64,000 nucleotides of DNA, taken from the NCBI GenBank assembly GCA_964531975.1, contig CAZHFU010000002.1, positions 74,133 through 138,132 on the forward strand. Reading direction: 5' to 3'. The position numbers and the translations under genes were made by a program. The stretch comes from an uncultured Anaerolinea sp. GTDB lineage: Bacteria > Chloroflexota > Anaerolineae > Anaerolineales > UBA4823. The notes beneath the pieces were generated by a model. It made no database searches. It was not told the origin of the DNA and saw only the letters and a program-made list of their open reading frames with translations. Shown here piece after piece: positions 30,642 to 40,103 of the stretch (position 1 is the first letter of the stretch; every line of letters begins with the position of its first letter).

Positions 30642-31901
30642 TTACTGCTTCGACTTGAGAAACGAGAAGTGCACCAGTGTGCCCACCACAAGCGCCCCTA
30701 ACCAAGAGATCGCCAACGGCGCGGCCACCTCCTGCACCAGCGACTTCTGCTCATTGCCGGACGATAAATTGTACTTGACTGAACTGGGCGCAACCGGCGG
30801 CAAATCCACATTCTGTAAGCGAGCGTCTTTGCTTTTCACTTCCAAGATCGCCCCCTGCGCCGACATATAAGGGACAGCATCGCTGTAGGTTTGCGCCGCC
30901 ACGGCGGCCGCCATCGGGGCAACATTCAACGCTGGGACCCCCTTAGGCGCACTGGCCGATGGTGAAGGGGATTCATCCCGTCGGGTCATTCCCTGGCGGG
31001 CGCGATCCAACTCCGTCAAAATCACCGCGTTGTCATCCGGGTGTATCCCTTGTCCATAGCGCGTGGCATAAACTTGGGTAAATTCAGCCCCCAGGAATAA
31101 AATCTGCGCCGAGTAATAAATCCACACCAGGATGATCATTAAGGAACCGGCCGCGCCATAGGATGAGTTGATGCTGCTGCGGCCTAAGTACGTAGCAATC
31201 GCTATCTTACCAATGGTAAATAGAAAGGCCGTCACAGCCGCTCCCAACCATACATCCTTCCAGGCCATTTGCGCGTCCGGCAGAATCTTAAACATCAGCG
31301 CAAACATCAAGGTAATTACCGCAAAAGAAATTACAAAATTGAGCAGACTCATCACTGCATCCGGGAAGGGCAGCAGGCTGTTCATATATTTGCCCATCGC
31401 TTCCAGCACGGCGCTAACCACTAGCGAAACCAGCAGCATGAAGCCAATCCCTAACACCATAGTAAAGGAGATAAAACGATCCACCACCTGGCGTTTAATG
31501 GTTTCTCCCAAGCCCTTGGCCGGTTTTAGTTTCACCTCCCAGATGGTATTAAGCGAGTCCTGTAAGGCTCCAAACACGCCCAGCGCGCCGAAAAGCAGCG
31601 TTACAGCTCCCACCACCGTCGCCATAATGCCGGTTTGCGGTCGAGTGGCAGAGGTCACGACTAAATCCTGAATAAATTTGCGCCCTTCCTCGCCCACTAA
31701 GTTCTGTAGTTGAAACATCAGCTCGCCTTGCACAACCGTCCCTCGTCCAATCAAACCGGCTAAAGCAATTACTACCACCAGCAGAGGAACCAACGAAAAA
31801 ATAGTGTAATATGCCAGGGAAGCCGCCAGGCGAGCTGCGCGGTCATCACTCCACTCTGCGAATGTCTCCTTCAATAAAGCGCCAAAATCTTTCAACTTCA
31901 T
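30642..31901 (-). CDS. YihY/BrkB-family membrane protein
   Basis: The sequence reads FAEWSDDRAARLAASLAYYTIFSLVPLL, followed by multiple TM segments and then SYGAAGSLMIILVWIYYSAQILFLGAEFT. Confidence 0.85.
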   Translation of the reverse strand: MKLKDFGALLKETFAEWSDDRAARLAASLAYYTIFSLVPLLVVVIALAGLIGRGTVVQGELMFQLQNLVGEEGRKFIQDLVVTSATRPQTGIMATVVGAVTLLFGALGVFGALQDSLNTIWEVKLKPAKGLGETIKRQVVDRFISFTMVLGIGFMLLVSLVVSAVLEAMGKYMNSLLPFPDAVMSLLNFVISFAVITLMFALMFKILPDAQMAWKDVWLGAAVTAFLFTIGKIAIATYLGRSSINSSYGAAGSLMIILVWIYYSAQILFLGAEFTQVYATRYGQGIHPDDNAVILTELDRARQGMTRRDESPSPSASAPKGVPALNVAPMAAAVAAQTYSDAVPYMSAQGAILEVKSKDARLQNVDLPPVAPSSVKYNLSSGNEQKSLVQEVAAPLAISWLGALVVGTLVHFSFLKSKQ

Positions 31902-31958
31902 GTTTGTCCCTTTCTATTCATATGCCTCCATCGGCGGTGAATGATGCGAGGCCCTCCT

Positions 31959-32369
31959 CTACTCATTTGATTCGGCGGGCAGAGGCTGCTTCTCCCCGTG
32001 TATACGATGCTGCTGTTGATACTTCTCTCGTAAAAGGCGAAACTCTTCACTCAGGCTGTTAAGTTCATCTTCCGAAAGGTTCTCCAAGTCCACCAGGTCG
32101 GTGCGGGCGCCTTTCACCCCTCGGATCAGCTCATCCAGCTTGAGGTGTAAAGCCTTGGCATCGCGATTTTGGGTGTTTTGAATTAAGAAAACCATCAGGA
32201 ATGTGATGATAGTCGTCCCGGTGTTAATCACCAGCTGCCATGTATCGGAAAAATCGAAAAACGGGCCGCTTACCAACCAGATCACAATCGTAAGCACCGC
32301 CAAAATAAACATCCATGGCGACCCCATGGCTTCAGATACCTTAGCGGAAAATCGGCGGAAAGTATCCAT
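31959..32369 (-). CDS. Low-affinity iron permease-family membrane protein
   Basis: The sequence reads GSPWMFILAVLTIVIWLVSGPFFDFSDTWQLVINTGTTIITFLMVFLIQNTQNRDAKALHLKLDELI. Confidence 0.78.
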   Translation of the reverse strand: MDTFRRFSAKVSEAMGSPWMFILAVLTIVIWLVSGPFFDFSDTWQLVINTGTTIITFLMVFLIQNTQNRDAKALHLKLDELIRGVKGARTDLVDLENLSEDELNSLSEEFRLLREKYQQQHRIHGEKQPLPAESNE

Positions 32370-32405
32370 ATACGCCTCTAAACTTGACCATTCTCTAAAT
32401 AGTGG

Positions 32406-32963
32406 TTACGCTGCGCTGGGAGCAGCAAAGCCGTTCCACCCCGATTTTCGCCATTCGTTGACGCGGCGCTTTAGATCTACCGGCTGATTATGATTGATGA
32501 TCGCCACGGCTTCCGCGGCGCGGTAGTCCGGCGCCTTGACCAGAATCAGAGTGCTCCCCTGGCGAACGCCTTCGGCATAATAATGGGCCCGCTCTTCGGG
32601 AACCCCCATCGAGATTAGCGCCCCAAGCAGCCCGCCTGAAAGGCTGCGGCCCACCCCGCTGAACTTACGGCTGGCCTGGATGTTCAATTCAGCCGCTAAT
32701 GGTCCGCCCACTTGCACCAAACCGATCCCCGCTACATTCATCACCTCAAAATCAGTCGAACCGAACAATGGCGCAGCCACCGGCAGCGATTGTAAGAAAA
32801 TATTATTTTCCGCCCATTCCGGCTGCACCGGTAAGCTAACCACCTCGCTGTGAGGGGTCACAAAACTAATATTGCCGACCTGAAATTCGTTATCGATCAA
32901 TTCTTGCATACTCTGCTGCGCCGCGATTGGGTCATCGTGCAAAGCAATAATTGTTTTAGCCAT
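32406..32963 (-). CDS. Hypothetical protein, YflT/general-stress-like N-terminal domain
   Basis: The N-terminus IIALHDDPIAAQQSMQELIDNEFQVGNISFV resembles the YflT-type domain. A Gly-rich segment (GGLLGALISMG) is present. The assignment is weak. Confidence 0.5.
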   Translation of the reverse strand: MAKTIIALHDDPIAAQQSMQELIDNEFQVGNISFVTPHSEVVSLPVQPEWAENNIFLQSLPVAAPLFGSTDFEVMNVAGIGLVQVGGPLAAELNIQASRKFSGVGRSLSGGLLGALISMGVPEERAHYYAEGVRQGSTLILVKAPDYRAAEAVAIINHNQPVDLKRRVNEWRKSGWNGFAAPSAA

Positions 32964-33213
32964 TAGAACCTCTCTATCCTGCGATCATCATTGTTATCGC
33001 CTGCTTGCTAAACGTCCCTCTTAGGCGGTGTATACATGAAGTATAAACGCCTCATCACCCGCCTACAATCAGGTGTTTTCCTATGCGCCAGTAGGGCTTT
33101 CCCCTAGAAGGCCTGGCTTAATTGACAACCCCCGGAGTGTCGATCCCCGGGGGCTGTCTCACCCATCCGTACCCAACAAAAAGGAGAAGAAGTTATCTAA
33201 CAAAAGCTGCCCG

Positions 33214-33396
33214 CTAAAACAAGGCCGAGAACCCTAACACGGCGACCAGCACCAGTACAATTGCAATAACAACAAAAAGACCAAATAATCCCTTGCCCAC
33301 CACAGCCGAGGTGGATGATAAGCTACGCAAACCCAGCGCACCCGCCACAATCGCCACAATAAATGCAATCGCGCCCCATACCAATAAATTGCTCAT
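33214..33396 (-). CDS. UPF0391/DUF1328 small membrane protein
   Basis: The 60-aa product has two TM segments and reads MSNLLVWGAIAFIVAIVAGALG...LFVVIAIVLVLVAVLG. Confidence 0.78.
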   Translation of the reverse strand: MSNLLVWGAIAFIVAIVAGALGLRSLSSTSAVVGKGLFGLFVVIAIVLVLVAVLGFSALF

Positions 33397-33474
33397 CTGT
33401 TCCCTCCAAATGTTAGCAGTCTAACCGCTAACCTATTCTAAGCATACCAAGACCCTTGCCGGATGAGAATAAGA

Positions 33475-33563
33475 AAATATTCCAAACGAATGTGGGAGAA
33501 ACGCCCACGTCCACCTTTTCGGCCTGGCCGATGGCAAATATTCCAAACGAATGTGGGAGAAAC
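33475..33563. repeat. Two perfect 28-bp direct repeats (AAATATTCCAAACGAATGTGGGAGAAAC) separated by a 33-bp unique spacer
   Basis: The copies at 33475-33502 and 33536-33563 were read directly. They lie in the divergent intergenic region between the DUF1328 gene and the antiporter gene. Confidence 0.9.
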
Positions 33564-33626
33564 CCTTAGGTGTAGGAATATCTTCAAAAATAGACTTTGG
33601 GAGCAAGATGATGTTACAATTTTTGC

Positions 33627-35105
33627 ATGAGCGTTGCTGTGGAACTGGGCTTTTTGTTAATCGCCGGCATGTTATTGCTAAGCGTAGTCGCCAGCCAAGT
33701 CTCGGATCGCATCGGCGTCCCTGCACTGCTGCTATTCCTGGCGCTAGGCATGTTGGCTGGCACGGATGGCCTGGGGATCGTGGACTTTAACAACCCCGGC
33801 CTGGCACAGAGCGTGGGCCTGTTTGCCCTTTCAATTATTCTTTTCTCCGGCGGACTGGACGCCGAATGGAAAAGCATCCGTAAGGTAATTAAAGAAGCCC
33901 TCACCCTGGCAACGGTGGGGGTGTTTATTACCGCTGCGCTCATGGGCGTGGCGGTTCACTATATTATTGGAATGCCCTGGCTTGAGGCGATGCTGCTAGG
34001 GGCAATCGTTTCATCCACCGACGCGGCAGCCGTGTTCGCCATGCTGCGCTCGCAGGGTGTGCGCCTCGCCGGCAATCTCAGCCCACTGCTAGAAGCCGAA
34101 TCGGGAAGCAACGATCCCATGGCGGTTTTCCTCACCATTGGCCTGATTCAACTCATCCTTTCTCCCGATAAAACCCCCCTGGCCCTAATAGGGTTGTTCG
34201 TCCAGCAGATGGTAATTGGTGGGCTGTTCGGTCTGATAATGGGTCGTTTATTTTTATACTTTATCAATCGGCTGCGCCTGGGTTACGATGGTCTGTACCC
34301 GGTGCTAATGCTTGGATCGATTTTACTGACCTTTGCTCTGCCTTCCTTGCTAGGCGGCAGCGGTATCCTGGCTGTTTATCTGCTTGGCCTGATTTTAGGC
34401 AGCCAAGACTTCCGCCATAAGCGCGGCATATCGCGTTTCTACGATGGCTTAGCCTGGCTTTCCCAGATCGTAATGTTCTTTACCCTGGGGCTGCTGGTCA
34501 ATCCTTCCGAATTGCCGCCCATCGCCATCCCAGGGTTGGCGTTAGCGGGCATCCTGATGTTTGTAGCTCGCCCAATCAGTGTATGGATCAGCCTGATACC
34601 CTTCCACTTAAGCGCACGCGAGAAGACCTTAGTATCTTGGGTTGGGCTGCGCGGCGCGGTTCCCATTATCCTGGCAACCTACCCAAGCCTTTCAGGGCTA
34701 GACCCCCACGGCATTATCTTTCATGTGGTTCTGTTTGTCGTGCTCACCTCGGTGCTGATCCAGGGGTCATCGCTGACCTTGGCGGCGCGCTGGCTCAAAG
34801 TGGATGACCCGAACGAACCGGAACCAAAGTTTCCGGTGGAGTTAGCCACTCTGCGGGGTTGGCATGGCGAACTGCGTGAGGTGGTCGTGCAGGCGCATTC
34901 ACCCCTGGTGGGTCTCCAGGTACGCGAAATCGGCCTGCCGCAAGATTACCTGGTGGTATTAATCGCCCGCAACGATGAGTTCCTCATTCCTCACGGCGAC
35001 ATCATCTTGCAAGCCAACGACCGTCTCCTAGGCCTGGCGCAACCAGAGACGCATCAAGAAGTAGATCAAATGGTGGGGTTGGAAGGTCAAAGCCTCTCAG
35101 TGTAA
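33627..35105 (+). CDS. K+/H+ (cation/proton) antiporter, CPA1 NhaP-type with C-terminal RCK_C/TrkA_C domain
   Basis: The protein has about 12 TM segments. Recognised sequences are GVPALLLFLALGMLAG, ESGSNDPMAVFLT and a C-terminal VGLQVREIGLPQDYLVVLIARNDEFLIPHGDIILQANDRL. Confidence 0.88.
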   Translation: MSVAVELGFLLIAGMLLLSVVASQVSDRIGVPALLLFLALGMLAGTDGLGIVDFNNPGLAQSVGLFALSIILFSGGLDAEWKSIRKVIKEALTLATVGVFITAALMGVAVHYIIGMPWLEAMLLGAIVSSTDAAAVFAMLRSQGVRLAGNLSPLLEAESGSNDPMAVFLTIGLIQLILSPDKTPLALIGLFVQQMVIGGLFGLIMGRLFLYFINRLRLGYDGLYPVLMLGSILLTFALPSLLGGSGILAVYLLGLILGSQDFRHKRGISRFYDGLAWLSQIVMFFTLGLLVNPSELPPIAIPGLALAGILMFVARPISVWISLIPFHLSAREKTLVSWVGLRGAVPIILATYPSLSGLDPHGIIFHVVLFVVLTSVLIQGSSLTLAARWLKVDDPNEPEPKFPVELATLRGWHGELREVVVQAHSPLVGLQVREIGLPQDYLVVLIARNDEFLIPHGDIILQANDRLLGLAQPETHQEVDQMVGLEGQSLSV

Positions 35106-35122
35106 GGATGCGAGGGAGGACG

Positions 35123-35150
35123 AAAAAGCCGGTCGAGTGACCGGCTTTTT
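35123..35150. terminator. Rho-independent terminator (symmetric A/T tracts)
   Basis: The stem is aaaaagccggtc / gaccggcttttt with loop gagt. Confidence 0.75.
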
Positions 35151-35193
35151 CCCCGGATAGGGAGATCAATCGCCATAAATGGCTGGATATGTG

Positions 35194-35266
35194 TGCCTCA
35201 GGCAGGAGTCGAACCCGCAACCGTCTGATTCGAAGTCAGGCGCTCTATCCATTGAGCTACTGAGGC
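35194..35266 (-). tRNA. tRNA-Arg (anticodon UCG), no encoded CCA
   Basis: Manual cloverleaf folding gives acceptor GCCTCAG/CTGAGGC plus discriminator A, D-arm GCTC-AATGGATA-GAGC, anticodon loop CTTCGAA (U33, TCG, A37) and T-arm GCGGG-TTCGACT-CCTGC. Confidence 0.9.
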
Positions 35267-35324
35267 GATCCCTAGCATTTTACACGCAAACAGCGCACTT
35301 AGGCAAGCTATTTACCCGGTTTTA

Positions 35325-36878
35325 CTAGGGCAGGTTGTAGAAGTCATACACATTGGTCGCGATATTGGAAATCATCGCCGAATCGTTATCCCACATAATT
35401 TGCTCTGGGTGGTAAATGAACACCACCAAAACATAATTCCCACCTGGGGTGTAAATAATGCCGGCGTCTTCGACCGTTTTAATCACCTCGTTTACCGAGG
35501 TCCAACCATGTTTATGGGCAATCCGGGTGCCTTCCGGCAGACCGGCGGTGAGCAGCATAGGGAGCCGGTTTTTAACCAGGTAATCAATCATCTCCTGGCA
35601 GGTTTGCTGATTAAACTTCCCTGGAAACACCGCTGGCAGCGCCCCGCCCCCATTTTGTGCGCATAAATAAATATCCTCCAGCAGCATGCCAATATCGGCG
35701 GGGGTAGTTTGGCTGTATTGATCTGGGTCAGTGTTGATATCGGTGCGCTGATTGGCCGGAGTTTCAATTATCGCCAGCAGCGGCGAACCAAAGGTAAAAT
35801 AGCCCGCCAAAAAGGTGTTATTCAAACCGAGCGCCTTCATATCTTCAGACACTTCCAGCGGAGCGCGGCCCTTGGTCATCACCCGATCCATCAACCAGTC
35901 GGCGGCTTCATTGCCCGATTTGTCAATCATATCTCCCAGGAGCTTAAGCGTCTCCTCATCCACCGATTCAGAGAAACGACGCATCGCCGCCACCATAATC
36001 GGAACTTTAATGATGCTCGAAGCCGTAAAAGCAATATCCGGGGTCACCGGCACTTCTTCCCCCTGCCGGTAAGCAAAGTGAATCTCGTTAGCGGTCTGCA
36101 AATCTTTGAGGAATACGCCCGTCAAACCATCAAAACCAGACGATTGAATGGTCTGCTTGATGATAACTTCTAGATTCTGAAACACGGGTTTACCCGGCTG
36201 CACACTTTGCAGCGGCAAATCGATAGAGCGGTCATCCAACGAATATAAGCCCGCTTCAATCAGCGGCAAAGCCCCGTCAATATTCAGCGCACTGCCAGGT
36301 TTGCCCGGTTCAAAGCTCGCCCCTCCCGGCGCAGGCATCGATGGAATGGCGGGTTGATCGTAGCGCGCCGCAACATCACTCAAAAAAGCCCGCAAACGTG
36401 CTTCCGAATAGGTGGCGTCGATGGGCACTTCGGTTGGGAAGGTGGTGCGGCCCCACAAATAATCCCAAAAGTCTTGCCAGAACTGCTTCTGCGAGCGTTC
36501 CATACGCGCCACAGTCATCATGCTTTCCGTTTTTAATTGGAAATCAATCATGGTGGGGTAGAGCAAGATTTGCGCGTCGTTATAACGCAGCTCAAGCGGG
36601 GTGGAATACATTGCCACAACCCGCTGGGCCGCCTGGGCCGAATTAAGACCGCCTACGGGCACACCCGCCACAGCCAGGCCGGCAGGCAGGTAAGAACGAA
36701 TGCGACTAAAGACCACTAACTGCCAGGCGGTTAGCACAAAAGCGCCAAATAATATTCCTAACGATAAAAATCTGAGTATGGATCCGCGTCTTCTCACGAT
36801 AAACCTCAATCTGAGAAAACAATCATACCATAAATTCAGCCGCCGCATGGCGGCCCGCATTCTCGCAACGCAGGCCAA
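35325..36878 (-). CDS. Membrane-anchored serine hydrolase, class-A beta-lactamase/PBP-like fold
   Basis: The N-terminal TM reads FLSLGILFGAFVLTAWQLVVF. The SxxK motif is in ASSIIKVP, the SxN motif in KSGNEAAD, and the K(T/H)G motif in AHKHGWT. The start is uncertain between TTG 36878 and ATG 36860. Confidence 0.78.
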   Translation of the reverse strand: MACVARMRAAMRRLNLWYDCFLRLRFIVRRRGSILRFLSLGILFGAFVLTAWQLVVFSRIRSYLPAGLAVAGVPVGGLNSAQAAQRVVAMYSTPLELRYNDAQILLYPTMIDFQLKTESMMTVARMERSQKQFWQDFWDYLWGRTTFPTEVPIDATYSEARLRAFLSDVAARYDQPAIPSMPAPGGASFEPGKPGSALNIDGALPLIEAGLYSLDDRSIDLPLQSVQPGKPVFQNLEVIIKQTIQSSGFDGLTGVFLKDLQTANEIHFAYRQGEEVPVTPDIAFTASSIIKVPIMVAAMRRFSESVDEETLKLLGDMIDKSGNEAADWLMDRVMTKGRAPLEVSEDMKALGLNNTFLAGYFTFGSPLLAIIETPANQRTDINTDPDQYSQTTPADIGMLLEDIYLCAQNGGGALPAVFPGKFNQQTCQEMIDYLVKNRLPMLLTAGLPEGTRIAHKHGWTSVNEVIKTVEDAGIIYTPGGNYVLVVFIYHPEQIMWDNDSAMISNIATNVYDFYNLP

Positions 36879-36914
36879 GCCACGGTTATAATCGCCGCCC
36901 AGGGTGGGCCGGCG

Positions 36915-39900
36915 CTACCGCGACACCACCATTTTTACCACCTTGCCCTTTTCATTCACGGTCAGGCGGGCGATACACGGGTGCAGGCTGCCGGCGCTGT
37001 CGATCTGACGCCTCAGCGTCACAAGGCTGGGGGCGTTGGCAGCCTGTGTTTCGGCTGCATCCGATCGTCCGTTTTTCTTGTGCTTACCCGGCTTTCCATC
37101 CCTCGCCGCGGCGGAAACCGGGTCAGTCTCCGCCCCGCCACAAATAGGCCGTGCGCCTGTGTAAGTCAGGCGAGCATCCTGCATTCCCGGCAGGTAGCGC
37201 GCCGTCACCCGCTTCACCTCCGCCGCCACTTCGGGTGGCAGGGGCGCGCCTGGCCCGGCCGCCGGCGGGCAATCGTTGACAATCCGCAGCGGCGCTAAGG
37301 GGCGTTCGGTGTAGCGAACGCTCTTCGGCAGCGGGCGGTTCCATTCGAGACTTGCCAATGGGTCTCCATACAAAACGAAAGCGATCAGGGTTTTCTGATC
37401 CTCGCCATCTAAAAAGCCTTGGCGACCGGTCATCTCAACGTTGTAGAGCAGCTTGGCGCGGCGCAGCGCCTCCCCCACTGGCTGCCCCTCTCGCAAACCA
37501 CGCCAAAACAGCTGACCCAGCAAGTCGGCGGCTGCCAACGGAGGTTCCACCGAGCCATACGCCGTGCAGGTGGCCCCCACCACCGCCAGCGCGCCGTTTT
37601 GCAAAAAACGTAAGGCGATGGCGTCATCGGGCGTACGGTTTTCGATTGACAGACCAAAACACGCCTCGCTAAAGATGATCTGCGGACGCTCGTTATGCGC
37701 ATCCACAGTGTCGAGGTCTTGCGGGCGCAACGCCACCGGGTTCTCTGGCGCATCGCGGCCTTCTTGCGGATGGCGATGACCATACCATTCCGCCTTGTTC
37801 ATCACCCCATGCAGATTAAAATAGGCCAGCCGCCCCTGCATCGGCGGGGTATGGTTAAGCGGACCATCTGTCTGCCCCTCTCCCACCCCCAACGGAGGCG
37901 AAACTAAAAGGCGCTGCTTCTCCGGCATCTCCGCGTAGACCAATTCGGCGGAGCGCTTCCAGATCGCCGCCGAGTAACCCAATGCGTGCGGGCCGCGCCG
38001 CTGCGCACCACGCCGCCGCCAGGCCTGCTTAAGCCAGGCCGCCAGACGCAGCCTCCACCCCTGTGGGCGGGTCGGGCGAGCGTGGCTTAACCGGATGCGC
38101 TCCAAGCTCTCTACCAGCAAATGAGGATCTTTACCCGCTCCGCCTGGCAGCCGCCCCACCGGCCATTCCGGCGAAAAATAGTTTTCATCATTGGCGGCAT
38201 ATGGGTTATCCGAGGCCACGTCCACATCCAGGTCATCGGTGGGGTTAGGCAGATGATGAAACGGCACAATCTCCGGACCGCCCACAATCAACAGCGCCCC
38301 CAGGCGTTCCCCATGCCCACCCAGCGCCAGGTCGAGGTCGCGCAAAAACAATTTGATATCCCACGGATCGCCAGAGCGCACCGGCGTCAGCCCCAGAGGC
38401 CGTAAAGATTGGGCGTCGTCGGCCAACACCAGTCGCGCCCCCCAGCGCGGCAGGCAGGCCACAGCTTGCACCAACCCCGCCATGGCGCTCTCCACCTTTG
38501 CCGCCTCCTCACCGTACACCTCCACAAGTTTGCCGTGCAGCGAAAAGACCACGTAAATCGGATACCGGCCATCCATATCGCCAATCGGCAGCTGCTTAAA
38601 CTTACGCGCCAGCCGGTTGATTTCCGCCGCGGCTGCCCGCAAATCGGGGTCTGCCGGTTTCGGCGGCAGCCCTTTGGGCGGCGCGATCCGGCGCGCAGGC
38701 GGGGGGAACCCCTCCCCCTGGTGAGCGTCATTTGCAGATGGGCCAGGCAGACCAGCCACATCGGCCTTAGACTGGTGGGAGGCAGCCGCCAAGCGCCCCG
38801 GGGCAGAGCCGGCGTGGGCTGGTTGAGCGCTGCCCGCAGACGAAGCGGGCGTTATGCCGCCTCCGCCGGTAGGAGCACAGTCCGGCGCTCCACCAGGTAT
38901 TTTACCGGCTTCAGGCTGCGGCGGGGTGCTGCTCCAGATGCGCCGGCCCCGCGCGCCAACTTGCGTTGCGCCGTCGAGCAAGCCCGGCGCAAGCCCTGGC
39001 GCTATCTCTACAAGCTCATCACCCTTAAGCGGCTCCGTCATCGTCGGAGCGGGGCGGGGAGCGCGAGGGAGAGCGGCAGGTTGAGTGGCCCAGTCGCCTG
39101 GCATACCACCCCCACCGGCGGGCGGCGTGGGCTGTTCGATGGGCGAACGCGCACCGAGGCCAGCCGCCTGCGCATCTTCTCGCCCTGGGGCGGCCCCGGC
39201 CGGCGGCGCAGGATGGTCGAGCGCCGCAGCCTGAACCGGCGCTTCCGTTGCCGCCGCGTCAAATGTCCTGCCCGCCTCCAGGCGGTTCCATCCTAACACT
39301 GCCGCCACAGCCGCCGGCGGCATGGCAGGCAGCCCCAGGCTCACCTCATCCGACCACAGAGCCGTGTAGGGGTGCACACAGCCCCACAAGCGGTGCGCAA
39401 CCTGTGCCCCCAGGTCGCGCACCGCGGCCTGGTGCAGCAGCGCTACCCCCTCATCCGACTGCTCGCCTTCAGCCAGCCAACGCCCCAACCACAGCATCAC
39501 CGGCAGGCAGTCCGGCCAGCGGTGGTGATATTTAGCCGCCACTGCAATTTCCGCCGCCATTCCATCCGTATCTTCGCCCAGGGCGGCCCCCTGCAACGCC
39601 AGCCATTGTAAATGCAGCGCCGCGGCCAAAGGCTGCTCGACCTCCGAGCGATAGGCGGCTAAAAACCAGCTGGTGTGCTGAAGAATCTGTTCAATGCGCT
39701 GCTCTTCGCCGGCCGCTTCCACCTGGTCGAGCCGACGGCGCGCCTCGCCCACCAGGCGGCTCCAAGCCGGCATCTCTGCGGCTTCGCCCGTGCCGGTGAG
39801 GGCCGCACGCCAGGCCTGGGCGAAGGGGTCTTCCTGCCCCGTGGCCGCGGCCAGGGCCAACAACCCATCTACCGCACCCACATAGGCCGGGTCGGCGCGC

Positions 39901-40103
39901 AACAGTCCCTGCAGCACCGGCGCAGCTTGCGCAAAGCGTTTCTCGCCCAACAACGCTTTTCCGTAAAGCAGGCTCACCGCCAAATCGCCGGGAAAATGGC
40001 CCAGCCAGTGCTGTGCGGCCTGGCGCACATACCCATAAGCCCCGGCGGTCAACCCGGCTTCCAAAACCCGCAGATATTCTTGGCGATCGAGACGTGTTTT
40101 CAT
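36915..40103 (-). CDS. TPR-like N-terminal domain + P/A/G-rich linker + clan-CD cysteine-peptidase-like domain (C25/gingipain-like)
   Basis: The 1062-aa protein has a helical repeat N-terminus and a ~200-aa low-complexity middle. The C-terminal half contains ALLIVGGPEIVPFHHLP...ASDNPYA, AYFNLHGVMNKAEWYGH (candidate catalytic His-Gly) and IIFSEACFG (candidate catalytic Cys). Its start overlaps the upstream stop (ATGA). Confidence 0.72.
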   Translation of the reverse strand: MKTRLDRQEYLRVLEAGLTAGAYGYVRQAAQHWLGHFPGDLAVSLLYGKALLGEKRFAQAAPVLQGLLRADPAYVGAVDGLLALAAATGQEDPFAQAWRAALTGTGEAAEMPAWSRLVGEARRRLDQVEAAGEEQRIEQILQHTSWFLAAYRSEVEQPLAAALHLQWLALQGAALGEDTDGMAAEIAVAAKYHHRWPDCLPVMLWLGRWLAEGEQSDEGVALLHQAAVRDLGAQVAHRLWGCVHPYTALWSDEVSLGLPAMPPAAVAAVLGWNRLEAGRTFDAAATEAPVQAAALDHPAPPAGAAPGREDAQAAGLGARSPIEQPTPPAGGGGMPGDWATQPAALPRAPRPAPTMTEPLKGDELVEIAPGLAPGLLDGATQVGARGRRIWSSTPPQPEAGKIPGGAPDCAPTGGGGITPASSAGSAQPAHAGSAPGRLAAASHQSKADVAGLPGPSANDAHQGEGFPPPARRIAPPKGLPPKPADPDLRAAAAEINRLARKFKQLPIGDMDGRYPIYVVFSLHGKLVEVYGEEAAKVESAMAGLVQAVACLPRWGARLVLADDAQSLRPLGLTPVRSGDPWDIKLFLRDLDLALGGHGERLGALLIVGGPEIVPFHHLPNPTDDLDVDVASDNPYAANDENYFSPEWPVGRLPGGAGKDPHLLVESLERIRLSHARPTRPQGWRLRLAAWLKQAWRRRGAQRRGPHALGYSAAIWKRSAELVYAEMPEKQRLLVSPPLGVGEGQTDGPLNHTPPMQGRLAYFNLHGVMNKAEWYGHRHPQEGRDAPENPVALRPQDLDTVDAHNERPQIIFSEACFGLSIENRTPDDAIALRFLQNGALAVVGATCTAYGSVEPPLAAADLLGQLFWRGLREGQPVGEALRRAKLLYNVEMTGRQGFLDGEDQKTLIAFVLYGDPLASLEWNRPLPKSVRYTERPLAPLRIVNDCPPAAGPGAPLPPEVAAEVKRVTARYLPGMQDARLTYTGARPICGGAETDPVSAAARDGKPGKHKKNGRSDAAETQAANAPSLVTLRRQIDSAGSLHPCIARLTVNEKGKVVKMVVSR

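Noticed and set aside
33433-33790. Track ORFs 33433-33726 (minus strand, 97 aa) and 33551-33790 (plus strand, 79 aa) covering the direct-repeat region.
   Set aside because: They have no SD and improbable composition, and they overlap the antiporter N-terminus and the repeat pair. The region is better explained as divergent regulatory DNA.
35194-35266. The tRNA-Arg considered as an integration hotspot marking a mobile element.
   Set aside because: No integrase, no direct repeat of the tRNA 3' end and no compositional island is visible on either side within the window.
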